Part shown: piece by piece, positions 20,453 to 28,697 of the stretch
Position numbering within the stretch: position 1 is the first letter of the stretch
How the letters are laid out: each line of letters starts with the position of its first letter
Origin: Syntrophaceae bacterium
GTDB taxonomy: Bacteria > Desulfobacterota > Syntrophia > Syntrophales > PHBD01
DNA length: 64,000 nucleotides
Direction: 5' to 3'
Assembly: GCA_013177825.1 (NCBI GenBank)
Contig: JABLXX010000004.1
Span: forward strand, 22,349-86,348
The notes under the pieces: model-generated
What the model saw: the letters and a program-made list of their open reading frames with translations, nothing else
What the model was told of the DNA's origin: nothing
Databases searched by the model: none
Position numbers and translations under genes: made by a program

Positions 20453-21349
20453 ATGGAACGGGAACGGGAACGAGGCGGAGCGAAGATCCCCGGCAGGAAC
20501 GGATCCCACGGGGACGGCGCGGATGCGGACGTACGGGACAAACCCGTCCGCGTTCTCGCTTTCACGAGCGGCAAGGGGGGCGTCGGAAAGACCAACATCG
20601 CCGCCAATATCGCCTACATCCTTTCCCAGCGGAACCGGAAGACCATCGTCCTGGACGCGGACATGGGACTCGCCAACATCGATCTGCTTCTGGGCCTGAC
20701 GCCCAGGTACAACCTGTACCATGTCCTGAAGGGGGAAAAGAGCCTGGCGGAGACGCTGGTGACGGGACCCGGCGGGATGCAGGTCCTCCCCTCCTCTTCC
20801 GGCATTGCGGAGATGACGGAACTGTCGCGGGGACAGAAGCTGACCCTTCTGGACGCGGTCAATTCGCTGAAGAACAAGCCCGAATTCCTGCTGATCGACA
20901 CGGCGGCGGGCATTTCGGGAAACGTCACGTATTTCAACTCCTCCGCTCATGAAATCATCGTCGTCACCTCTGCCGAGCCGACGGCCCTCACCGACGCCTA
21001 CGCCCTGATGAAGGTGCTCTACCAGGGATACGACCGGAAAAAGTTCCGTCTTGTCGTCAACATGGTCAACCATCCGGCGGAGGCCCGGGAGGCCTATGAG
21101 CGGCTTCGGCATGCAACGGACCATTTCCTGACTGTTGCGCTCGACTACCTGGGATACATCCTTCACGACCCGAGGCTTCCGGAGGCCGTGAAAAAACAGA
21201 AAGCCCTGGCGGAACTGTACCCTTCGTCACCGGCCACTCGCTGCCTGCAGGACATCGCATCGAGGCTGTGCGGGGAGTCGCCCGGCGGAACGGAGGGGGG
21301 AAGCATTCGTTTTTTCAGCAGCAGAACCATTCGATCCAGCCGTGAATAG
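20453..21349 (+). CDS. flhG: MinD/ParA-type flagellar number regulator FlhG (FleN/YlxH)
   Basis: Deviant Walker A FTSGKGGVGKTN, with IVLDADMGLANID. Start ambiguous: ATG 20453, or TTG 20408 overlapping the flhF stop. Confidence 0.9.
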   Translation: MERERERGGAKIPGRNGSHGDGADADVRDKPVRVLAFTSGKGGVGKTNIAANIAYILSQRNRKTIVLDADMGLANIDLLLGLTPRYNLYHVLKGEKSLAETLVTGPGGMQVLPSSSGIAEMTELSRGQKLTLLDAVNSLKNKPEFLLIDTAAGISGNVTYFNSSAHEIIVVTSAEPTALTDAYALMKVLYQGYDRKKFRLVVNMVNHPAEAREAYERLRHATDHFLTVALDYLGYILHDPRLPEAVKKQKALAELYPSSPATRCLQDIASRLCGESPGGTEGGSIRFFSSRTIRSSRE

Positions 21350-22052
21350 AACCGGGAAAGACGAAAAAATTCTGCAATATGCGCCCCTGGTGAAACAGGT
21401 CGTGAACCGGATGACCGCCCGCTTGATGCTGGCGCCGGCGGATCGGGACGCCCTGGTGCAGGCGGGTGTCATCGGCCTCATGGCCGCGCTGGAGAAGTTC
21501 GACGAGACAAAAAACGTCCGGTTCGAGACCTACGCAAAGATCCGGATCCGGGGAGCCGTACTGGACGAGATGCGGGCCGCCGACCGCGTTCCCCGGTCCG
21601 TGCGCAGCAAGGACACGAAGATCGAGAAGGCCTTTTCCGTTCTCCAGAAGCGGCTCGGCAGGCCTCCCGTCGAGGAGGAGATGGCCGATCACCTGGGAAT
21701 TCCGCTGGAGGAGTATTTCGATCTCCTTGACGAGGCGAAACTGATCAAGGTGATCAGCACCGAGGATCTGCCCCCCGATTTTCTCGAGCGATACGGATGC
21801 GGGAGACTGCAGGAGGAAATCGACCATGGAGACCCTCTCTCGCTCCTGGAAAGCGAGGAACTGAAACGCGGGATCAAGAAGGCCATCGATCAGCTCCCCG
21901 AAAAGGAACGGATGGTCCTGGCCCTCTATTATTACGAGGAACTGAACCTGAAAGAGATCGGGCGGGTTCTGAACCTGACGGAGTCGCGGATCTGCCAGAT
22001 CCACACCCAGGCGGTGCTCCGGCTGCGGGGCCTTATGGATGGGGTGCGCTGA
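21342..22052 (+). CDS. fliA: Flagellar sigma factor FliA (sigma28)
   Basis: 236 aa. Region 2 GLMAALEKFDETKNVRFETYAKIRIRGAVLDEMR. Region 4.2 HTH EELNLKEIGRVLNLTESRICQIHTQAVLRLR. Confidence 0.95.
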   Translation: MNRTGKDEKILQYAPLVKQVVNRMTARLMLAPADRDALVQAGVIGLMAALEKFDETKNVRFETYAKIRIRGAVLDEMRAADRVPRSVRSKDTKIEKAFSVLQKRLGRPPVEEEMADHLGIPLEEYFDLLDEAKLIKVISTEDLPPDFLERYGCGRLQEEIDHGDPLSLLESEELKRGIKKAIDQLPEKERMVLALYYYEELNLKEIGRVLNLTESRICQIHTQAVLRLRGLMDGVR

Positions 22053-22053
22053 A

Positions 22054-23313
22054 ATGAGTGCGCAGGGAACGGCCATGACCGAGACTCCGGACCGGATTAT
22101 GACCTTCCTGGTGGTGGACGACCAGCGGGAAGTCCGGAAAAGCATCCGGAAAATGCTTGGCTCTCTCGGTTACACCAGCGTTCTGGAAGAAAAGGACGGC
22201 CTCGATGCGTGGCAGCGGCTCCAGACCGATCCCGTGGACGTGGCGATCGTGGACCTGTTCATGCCGGGGCTCAGCGGAATCGACCTTCTTCGCCGTGTCC
22301 GGAAGGACGAGCGGCTCCGCGGCCTGCCTTTCATCATGGTAACGGGAGAACTGGCGGAAGAAATCGTGGCGGAGGCCGCGGAGACGGATGTGGACGCCTA
22401 CATCATCAAGCCGTTTGCGGCCCAGACGCTGGAGGAAAAGATCAACGCCGTGCTGGAGCGGCGGTCGAACCCGTCCCCGCTGGAGGGCCGTCTCCAGCTT
22501 GCCCGGGTGTTCCTCGAAGAAGGGGAATACAACCGGGCCCTGGGGGAGCTGAAGGCGGCCATGACGCTGCAGCCGGAAAACCCCCGCGTCTATCAGCACC
22601 TGGGGGAGTTGTACGTGTGCCGGGGCATGCTGGAGGACGCGGAGAAGGCCTTTCAGAGAGCGATCCATTATGGGCCGAGGTTCACCCGCGCCTATGACAG
22701 CCTGGCCGACGTGTATGCCCGCAGGGGGGACCGGGAGCGCGTGGTTGCCGCGATGCGGAAGGCGGCGGCCATCAGCCCGAAGAATGCAGGCAGGCAGATG
22801 AATCTCGGCAAGGCCCTCCTGGAGAACGATGCCGTCGAGGAGGCCAGGAAAGCCTTCGAACAGGCCGTCCGGGAGGCGCCGGGGGATCCGTCCGTCCGCA
22901 GGGAGATCGGCGAAGCCCTGCTGGCCGGGAACCTGAACCTGGAGGCGGAGGAGGTCTTTCGCGTCCTCCTGCGTGAAAATCCGGAGGACCTTCATCTTTA
23001 CAACCGCCTGGGCATCGCCTGCCGCCGTCTGGGCCGTTTCCGGGACGCCATCGATCTGTACAGGCGGGCGATCCTCCTGGATCCCGAGGACGACCATCTC
23101 CACTTCAATCTGGCGCGGGTCCTGATGGAAGACGGTCGGGAGGAGGAGTCGAGGGTGCACGTGCTGAAAGCCCTGGAACTGTACCCCGATTTTCAGGAAG
23201 CGAAGGCCCTCCTGGACCGCCTCGATCGGGGATCCGGCAAAACGCTGCCGGGAAGGAAGCAAAATTCCGCGGACGTCCCGGCGGACGAGCGTAAAGGCTT
23301 ATCGATAGGCTGA
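22054..23313 (+). CDS. Response-regulator receiver domain fused to TPR repeats
   Basis: Receiver FLVVDDQREVRK...DVAIVDLFMPGLSGIDLL...IIKPF, followed by about 8 TPR-like repeats (e.g. YNRALGELKAAMTLQPENPRVYQHLGELY). Has no AAA+ or DNA-binding domain. The exact start codon is uncertain. Confidence 0.85.
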   Translation: MSAQGTAMTETPDRIMTFLVVDDQREVRKSIRKMLGSLGYTSVLEEKDGLDAWQRLQTDPVDVAIVDLFMPGLSGIDLLRRVRKDERLRGLPFIMVTGELAEEIVAEAAETDVDAYIIKPFAAQTLEEKINAVLERRSNPSPLEGRLQLARVFLEEGEYNRALGELKAAMTLQPENPRVYQHLGELYVCRGMLEDAEKAFQRAIHYGPRFTRAYDSLADVYARRGDRERVVAAMRKAAAISPKNAGRQMNLGKALLENDAVEEARKAFEQAVREAPGDPSVRREIGEALLAGNLNLEAEEVFRVLLRENPEDLHLYNRLGIACRRLGRFRDAIDLYRRAILLDPEDDHLHFNLARVLMEDGREEESRVHVLKALELYPDFQEAKALLDRLDRGSGKTLPGRKQNSADVPADERKGLSIG

Positions 23314-23326
23314 GAGAGGAGACGTC

Positions 23327-23911
23327 ATGGCGCAGCAAAAGGCCAAACTGGATATTCTGGACCTTCCCCTGGATAAAAGTCTCCTGATGGAGGATCTGCC
23401 GCCTCCGCCGCCGGGTGACGCGGGAGACGGCAATGTGCCGGAGAAACAGAAGCGGGCTTGGTTCAGGGACCGGAGGGTCCTCGCGGGCGGGATCGGCGTG
23501 GCGGTACTCGGGATCCTGGCGGCGGCGGTCCTGCTGATCTGGAATCCGATGGCCCGGAATAAAACGCCCGGGACGGCAGTTCCCGTCACCGTCCGAATCC
23601 CCGCCGGGGCATCCGAGGCGGCGGCCCTGGTCGAGGAATTCTATGTCGATATAAAGGATGCCTCGGGAACCCCCCGGCTGGCGGTCGTCAATATTGCGCT
23701 GGATCCGGTGGATCGGAAGGTCCTCCCCGAGATGAACGGACTGGACGTCCGGAGGGAGGTCCATGCGATCCTGTCCGCAAAAACCGCGGAAGTATTGAGA
23801 ACACCCAGGGAGAGGGAGAACATCCGGAAGGAAATTACGGGAGCGATCAATCAGGTCCTGAAACGGGAGGCAGTCAAGACCGTGTGGTTTTCGGATCTCA
23901 ATGTGTGGTGA
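23327..23911 (+). CDS. Second FliL-family protein
   Basis: 194 aa. Single TM helix GGIGVAVLGILAAAVLLIW. FYVDIKDASGTPRLAVVNIALDPVD...VRREVHAILSAK...IRKEITGAINQVL...TVWFSDLNVW follows the FliL pattern. Confidence 0.7.
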   Translation: MAQQKAKLDILDLPLDKSLLMEDLPPPPPGDAGDGNVPEKQKRAWFRDRRVLAGGIGVAVLGILAAAVLLIWNPMARNKTPGTAVPVTVRIPAGASEAAALVEEFYVDIKDASGTPRLAVVNIALDPVDRKVLPEMNGLDVRREVHAILSAKTAEVLRTPRERENIRKEITGAINQVLKREAVKTVWFSDLNVW

Positions 23912-23956
23912 AAACGGTGCGGGCGGGCTCGGAGGATCGAGCGGAAAAGGCAGCTT

Positions 23957-24757
23957 ATGGAATCCATAAGGGAATTGTATCACGTCGATTGGCAGCGCAT
24001 GATCGTTCATGATATGAAAAATCCTCTGGCGGTTATCCTGGCGAACCTGGACCTGCTTTCCAAATGCCGGCTGCGCGCACGGGAGGAAGATCTCCTGGAT
24101 AGCGCACTCAAGGGATGCCGGGATCTCCAGCGTATGATTCAGGGGTTCCTGCGGATCGCGCGCATGGAAGACCGGGGACCCTCCCTGGAGCTTTGCGTTG
24201 TCCCCGTCGGCCCCTTCTTCCAGCGTCTGGAAGAAATGTGGACGGCGCCGTGCCGGGACAGGAACGCACATCTGCAAATCGACCTCGATCATGCTCCGGC
24301 AACGCTGGTCGCGGATGAGTCCCTGCTGGAGAGGATCCTTTCCAATCTGGTACGGAATGCCATTGCCCAGATCCGGCGGGGCGGACGGATCGGCATCCGG
24401 GTATGGAACGCCGCCTCGGGCCGGATCCGCATTTCCGTGAGCGATAATGGAGCCGGGATGCCGGAAGAGGTCAAGGCGGCCCTGGTTCGCCCTCTTCCGG
24501 GCGGCCGGGCCGGCGATACGGCGGCGGGACCTTTCCTTTCCGGCAGCGGCCGGGATGTCGGCTTCGGGATCGGACTGGCCTTCTGTCGCCTCGCCTGTGA
24601 ACTTCACGGGGGAAAAATCTGGGCAGAAGGGGCATCCTCACGGGGGACCGTTGTCCATGTGGATCTGCCGGCGGATCTTGTTCCCTCCGGAAGCGGGTTG
24701 CTGGACGGGCCGGAGGAGAGAGTGACGAGGAATGATCATGGAAATACAAGAGCTTGA
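23957..24757 (+). CDS. Soluble minimal histidine kinase (HisKA + HATPase_c, no sensor domain)
   Basis: H-box MIVHDMKNPLAVILANL. N-box LVRNAIAQ. G1 VSDNGAGMPEEV. G2 GFGIGLAFCRLACELHGGKIWAEG. No TM helix. Confidence 0.85.
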   Translation: MESIRELYHVDWQRMIVHDMKNPLAVILANLDLLSKCRLRAREEDLLDSALKGCRDLQRMIQGFLRIARMEDRGPSLELCVVPVGPFFQRLEEMWTAPCRDRNAHLQIDLDHAPATLVADESLLERILSNLVRNAIAQIRRGGRIGIRVWNAASGRIRISVSDNGAGMPEEVKAALVRPLPGGRAGDTAAGPFLSGSGRDVGFGIGLAFCRLACELHGGKIWAEGASSRGTVVHVDLPADLVPSGSGLLDGPEERVTRNDHGNTRA

Positions 24758-25502
24758 ACATGCCCTGGAAGGGGCCTTTGCGGAGACTCTGCTGTACGCT
24801 TTCGTGCCGGGGCTTCTCCACAACTTTGCCAATCCGCTCAACGGGATCATGGGCAGGGCAAAGATCCTCGAACGGCGCCTGGAGAACCTGCAGGCGGCCA
24901 TGGAGAAAAGCGGGGTCCGGCTGCCGGGAGCACTGGCGGAGGACTGGTCGAAGGTTCAATCCGACGTCCGGTTGCTGAACAGCGAATCGGAGCGTTTTGC
25001 CGACGTCTTCCAGGATGTCGCCTCCCGGTTCGGGATTCTCACCCACAAAAAGGCAGACCGGTTTGATCTGGTGAGCCTGGTGCGCCGGGAGGTCCGCTTT
25101 GCGGATCATTACCTGGACTTCAAGCACCGGGTTCGCAAGGTTCTGGACCTTTCCGACGGGGTCCCGCCCGTGCTGGGCGTCCAGGCCCATTTCTCCATGG
25201 CCCTCTGGGCGATGCTCCGTCACGCGGCGGTTCGCATGGGGGCCCAGGGAGATCAGGAACTCCATGTAACGGTCGGGAAAGAGAACGATCGGGTTCTTCT
25301 CGGAATCCGCCATACAGGAACACCGCTTACGGACGAAGAGCGGAAATACATGAGCGGAGTCCTGGAGGAGAACCGGCAGCCCCGGATCCGTGAAAATCCG
25401 CATTGCGCACTCTGCCTGTCCCTGCTTGTCTGGAAGCACTACGGGGCGGCCGTTTCCGCAGAACAGGGTCAGGAAATCGGGATTTCGATTCCTGCCGGGT
25501 GA
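24732..25502 (+). CDS. Histidine-kinase-like protein with an intact H-box but degenerate ATP-binding boxes (pseudokinase or phosphotransfer partner)
   Basis: H-box-like LLHNFANPLNGIMGRAKILE. The G1 position reads IRHTGTPL and the G2 position reads HCALCLSLL, so DxGxG and GxGxG are both lost. Overlaps the upstream kinase gene by 26 nt. Confidence 0.6.
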   Translation: MIMEIQELEHALEGAFAETLLYAFVPGLLHNFANPLNGIMGRAKILERRLENLQAAMEKSGVRLPGALAEDWSKVQSDVRLLNSESERFADVFQDVASRFGILTHKKADRFDLVSLVRREVRFADHYLDFKHRVRKVLDLSDGVPPVLGVQAHFSMALWAMLRHAAVRMGAQGDQELHVTVGKENDRVLLGIRHTGTPLTDEERKYMSGVLEENRQPRIRENPHCALCLSLLVWKHYGAAVSAEQGQEIGISIPAG

Positions 25503-25520
25503 TTGCGGGGGAGGTGAACG

Positions 25521-25817
25521 ATGGATATTCAACGATCGATCCTTCCGATTCTTGGCGCCGAGACGGTTCCGCAGGTCCAATCCTCGGTTTCGGACCGGCA
25601 GCGGCAGTCCGTGCCTTTCCGGAATCGCGGGAAAAAGAAGCCTCCCGTATCCCCGGATCAGGAGGAACGGAATGGAAAGGCCGCTCGGGGGCAGGATGAT
25701 GAGGACGCGTCTCCGGAGTCCGGACGGAAAGGGCAGGCCATTGAGACCGTAATAGACGGCGCGGGCGCCGCGGAAGACGAGCGGATCCAGGGAAGCCACG
25801 TGGACGTGCTCGCCTGA
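25521..25817 (+). CDS. Small charged hypothetical protein (98 aa)
   Basis: GGAGG ribosome-binding site 7 nt upstream of the ATG. Co-directional and tightly packed with its neighbours. Lys/Asp/Glu-rich. The C-terminal GSHVDVLA weakly recalls YjfB-type small motility proteins, which is a guess. Confidence 0.45.
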   Translation: MDIQRSILPILGAETVPQVQSSVSDRQRQSVPFRNRGKKKPPVSPDQEERNGKAARGQDDEDASPESGRKGQAIETVIDGAGAAEDERIQGSHVDVLA

Positions 25818-25837
25818 CGGAAATGGGAGGAGCCGAC

Positions 25838-26305
25838 ATGCTTGAAATGACGACGCGGGAATTTCTGCTGCTGCAGCTTGGCATGGATGTCGCCCTTGCC
25901 CTGCTCGTTCTGGTACTCCTCTGGCAGGTTCGCAGGGCCCTGAGCAAAAAAAGCATTCCTCCTCCCGGCGAAAAGGAGATGCAGACGCTCCGTCAGCTTG
26001 TCGAGGATTCCCGCAGCGCGACCGACCATTTTTTGACGGCCGTCCAGGAAAGCAGGGACGCTCTCAAGGATCTGGCCCGCAGCCTGGATGAGCGGGAAAA
26101 GAGAATCCGGGAGCTCCTGGCCCTGTCTCCGGAAGGCCCGGAACGGCAGGAGCCGGAAGCCGACCTCCCCGCCCCGGGGGATCCCCGGGCCGCGCAGGTT
26201 CTGGCCCTGGCCGCCCGCGGGTTCTCGGAGCGCGAGATCGCCCGGCAGACCGGCATCCCGGACGGGGAAGTCAACCTCATCCTGAACCTGACCGGGAAAA
26301 GATAA
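25838..26305 (+). CDS. Membrane-anchored coiled-coil protein with a C-terminal HTH, DUF2802-like
   Basis: ATG 25838 with a GGGAGG ribosome-binding site. TM helix LLLQLGMDVALALLVLVLLW, then coiled coil. C-terminal AQVLALAARGFSEREIARQTGIPDGEVNLILNL resembles the DUF2802 proteins found in flagellar loci. Confidence 0.55.
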   Translation: MLEMTTREFLLLQLGMDVALALLVLVLLWQVRRALSKKSIPPPGEKEMQTLRQLVEDSRSATDHFLTAVQESRDALKDLARSLDEREKRIRELLALSPEGPERQEPEADLPAPGDPRAAQVLALAARGFSEREIARQTGIPDGEVNLILNLTGKR

Positions 26306-26335
26306 AACCGGCCGCCGCAGGGCGAATCGATCCCC

Positions 26336-27496
26336 ATGAAACTCATTTCACTCACCGATCCTTCAACGCAGCCCGTCTTGCCGGCGAATCGAACGCGGGC
26401 GGTCAACCCGCCTTCCCTCTCCATGGGCGAGCGCGTGGAAGCAATTGTCCTCGAAGTCCGCGAGAGAGGCCTGCTTCTCCTGGAGCTTGGAAACACACGG
26501 GTTCTGGCCGAAACAAGGCAACCCATGAGCGAGGGCGCGCGCTTCACCGCTCGGGTCGTCCAGAATTCCCCGCAGATCGTTCTCCGAATCCTGGCGGACG
26601 ACCAGCCGGGCATGCAGGAAGGGCTCCCGGAATCCCTCATCATGTTCCGCAGCAGGCCCGGGCTCATGGAAGACATGTTCCGGCAGCTGTCCGCCCTCGT
26701 CGACTCCATGGCGGAAACCCTGCCAGCGGAGCAATTTCCCCTGGTGGCGGCGGCGCGGAACGGCTTGCAGGGCCTCCTCGCGTCGCTGATCTTTTCCGGT
26801 TCCGGAACGCAGGACCTGGACGGCATTCCTGAAGCCCCGGCGCGACCCGAAGCGCCGGCCGGCGACGGCGGGAATTCCGCCGCCCGGTTTTCCGGGGGAG
26901 ACGATCCGGCAAAAGCCTCCGCGGGCACGCTCAGGGAATCCCTGCTCCGCCTGGCCGTGGTGGTCGAGGAGAAACTGGCGGCCATGGATGCGGGCGCTCC
27001 CGGCCGGAAAGACCTGGAGCATGCGGCGACCACCGTCCGATCCGCCCTGGAGACCCTGGATGTCCAACGGGATGTCAATATCTTGTCGCGTCGGGAGGGA
27101 GGACCGGTTGTGATCCAGATGCCGGCGGCGTTTCCCGGCGGGATTCGGGTTCAGGACCTGTTCATCTACCCCGAAGGGGGGCAGGACGGGGGAGATGGAA
27201 CGACGGAAGAGTCCTTCCGGGTGGTTCTTTGCCTCAACATGGAAATGCTCGGGGACATCCTGGTGGATGCCCGGATGTCCGGCGGGCGGATGACGGGATC
27301 CCTGCGCTGCGGCACGGAAGAAACCCGGGACTTGCTTCAGTCCGGTGTGGACGATCTGAAGGAACGCCTGGCGGCAGCGGGGTTCCCCGACGCAGGGATC
27401 GTCTTCCTGACCGATCACGACATCGCCGGGACCATCCTGGAGAGAAAGCATTCCCTGCCTCTCTTTCAAAGGGATGCTGTCAATGTTTATGCCTGA
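26336..27496 (+). CDS. FliK-like protein (second Flg_hook-domain protein)
   Basis: 386 aa. C-terminal FRVVLCLNMEMLGDILVDARMSGGRMTGSLRCGTEETRDLLQSGVDDLKERLAAAGF follows the hook-length-control C-domain pattern. Confidence 0.6.
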   Translation: MKLISLTDPSTQPVLPANRTRAVNPPSLSMGERVEAIVLEVRERGLLLLELGNTRVLAETRQPMSEGARFTARVVQNSPQIVLRILADDQPGMQEGLPESLIMFRSRPGLMEDMFRQLSALVDSMAETLPAEQFPLVAAARNGLQGLLASLIFSGSGTQDLDGIPEAPARPEAPAGDGGNSAARFSGGDDPAKASAGTLRESLLRLAVVVEEKLAAMDAGAPGRKDLEHAATTVRSALETLDVQRDVNILSRREGGPVVIQMPAAFPGGIRVQDLFIYPEGGQDGGDGTTEESFRVVLCLNMEMLGDILVDARMSGGRMTGSLRCGTEETRDLLQSGVDDLKERLAAAGFPDAGIVFLTDHDIAGTILERKHSLPLFQRDAVNVYA

Positions 27497-27559
27497 CCGC
27501 CCCGGAGCGGCGGCGGGCCGGTTTTGGAAACGGGCGGGCTCCCGCCGCGGAAGGATTCC

Positions 27560-27856
27560 ATGAAACAGGACCCCGGTGACAAAAAGGAAAAGATCCCTCT
27601 CGCGGCGGCGCTGAAATACGACGGAAAAACGGATGCGGCACCCCGGGTGACCGCAAAAGGGCGCGGCGAGGTGGCGGCCCGGATCATCGAGAAGGCGCGC
27701 CTCCACGGAGTCCCGGTGAAGGAGGATTCCGCCCTGGCGGAGTTCCTCTACCGCCTGGATATCGATGAGGAAATCCCTGCCGAGCTGTATCGGGCCATCG
27801 CGGAGATCCTGGCCTTCGTATACTCCCTGGACGAGCGCAGGCGCGATATCCGATAA
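27560..27856 (+). CDS. Stand-alone FlhB C-terminal (post-NPTH) domain protein, YlqH-like
   Basis: 98 aa. AAALKYDGKTDAAPRVTAKGRGEVAARIIEKARLHGVPVKEDSALAEFLY...IPAELYRAIAEILAFVYSL parallels FlhB residues after the NPTH site. Has no TM region and no NPTH motif. Confidence 0.8.
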   Translation: MKQDPGDKKEKIPLAAALKYDGKTDAAPRVTAKGRGEVAARIIEKARLHGVPVKEDSALAEFLYRLDIDEEIPAELYRAIAEILAFVYSLDERRRDIR

Positions 27857-27886
27857 CTCCTCTCCTTACTCTGTTTGTCCCTTTCC

Positions 27887-27902
27887 AGGCATGCTCCTTG
27901 CT
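27887..27902 (+). promoter_or_regulatory. Sigma54-type -24/-12 promoter upstream of flgF
   Basis: AGGCATgctccTTGCT. GG and GC are spaced as in TGGCAC-N5-TTGCW. Lies 36 nt upstream of the flgF ATG. Confidence 0.6.
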
Positions 27903-27937
27903 TCATGTAATGCATCAATCTGTGAGGAAGAGAAGAC

Positions 27938-28678
27938 ATGCCACTCGATGTTCGCGATATCGCCGCGGCGGCAACCCGCAGCATCCAGCAGCTCGATATG
28001 GTTACCCAGAATATCGCCCATGCCAATACACCGGGTTTCAAGGCGGTTCACCTGGCCTATGCACTCAAGTCGGAACCGGTCTCCGAAACGGAGGACCCCG
28101 CTTTGGAGTATGTCCCGTACGCGCAGACGGATTTCTCGCCTGGAACGCTCCAGAGAACCGGCGGGGCGCTCGATGTCGCCCTGGAGGGCGAGGGCTTCTT
28201 CGCCGTCGAGACCAAGCAGGGGACGGCCTATATCCGGGGAGGCAGCTTCCATGTCAACAAGAACAACGAACTGGTTACGTCCACGGGAGAGCGTGTCCTT
28301 GGCTCATCCGGGCCCATCACGGTCGACGGTGCCGACGTCCAGATCGGTCCGGACGGGACGGTATCCGTGGCACAGCCCGGTCCGGACGGAACGATATCCA
28401 CCAATGTAGGCCAATTGAAGGTCGTGACCTTCGAGAAGCCCCAGAATCTCCGGAAACAGGGCGACAACCAGTACGTCGATCCGGGAACCGCCGGGATGAC
28501 CGTTGTGTCGGACCCCCGGATTCAGGGGCAGACCCTGGAAATGTCAAACGTGAATGCCATCAAGGAAATGGTGAACATGATCGAACTGCAGCGCTCGTTC
28601 GAAACCTATCAGAAAATCATCAAAACAATGAGCGATCAGGACAGACAGGCCACCACCCAGATCGGGAAAGTGGTCTGA
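27938..28678 (+). CDS. flgF: Flagellar proximal rod protein FlgF
   Basis: 246 aa. N-terminal LDMVTQNIAHANTPGFK and C-terminal LEMSNVNAIKEMVNMIELQRSFETYQKIIKTMSD. Confidence 0.9.
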   Translation: MPLDVRDIAAAATRSIQQLDMVTQNIAHANTPGFKAVHLAYALKSEPVSETEDPALEYVPYAQTDFSPGTLQRTGGALDVALEGEGFFAVETKQGTAYIRGGSFHVNKNNELVTSTGERVLGSSGPITVDGADVQIGPDGTVSVAQPGPDGTISTNVGQLKVVTFEKPQNLRKQGDNQYVDPGTAGMTVVSDPRIQGQTLEMSNVNAIKEMVNMIELQRSFETYQKIIKTMSDQDRQATTQIGKVV

Positions 28679-28697
28679 GGAACAGAAGGAGGATTTC

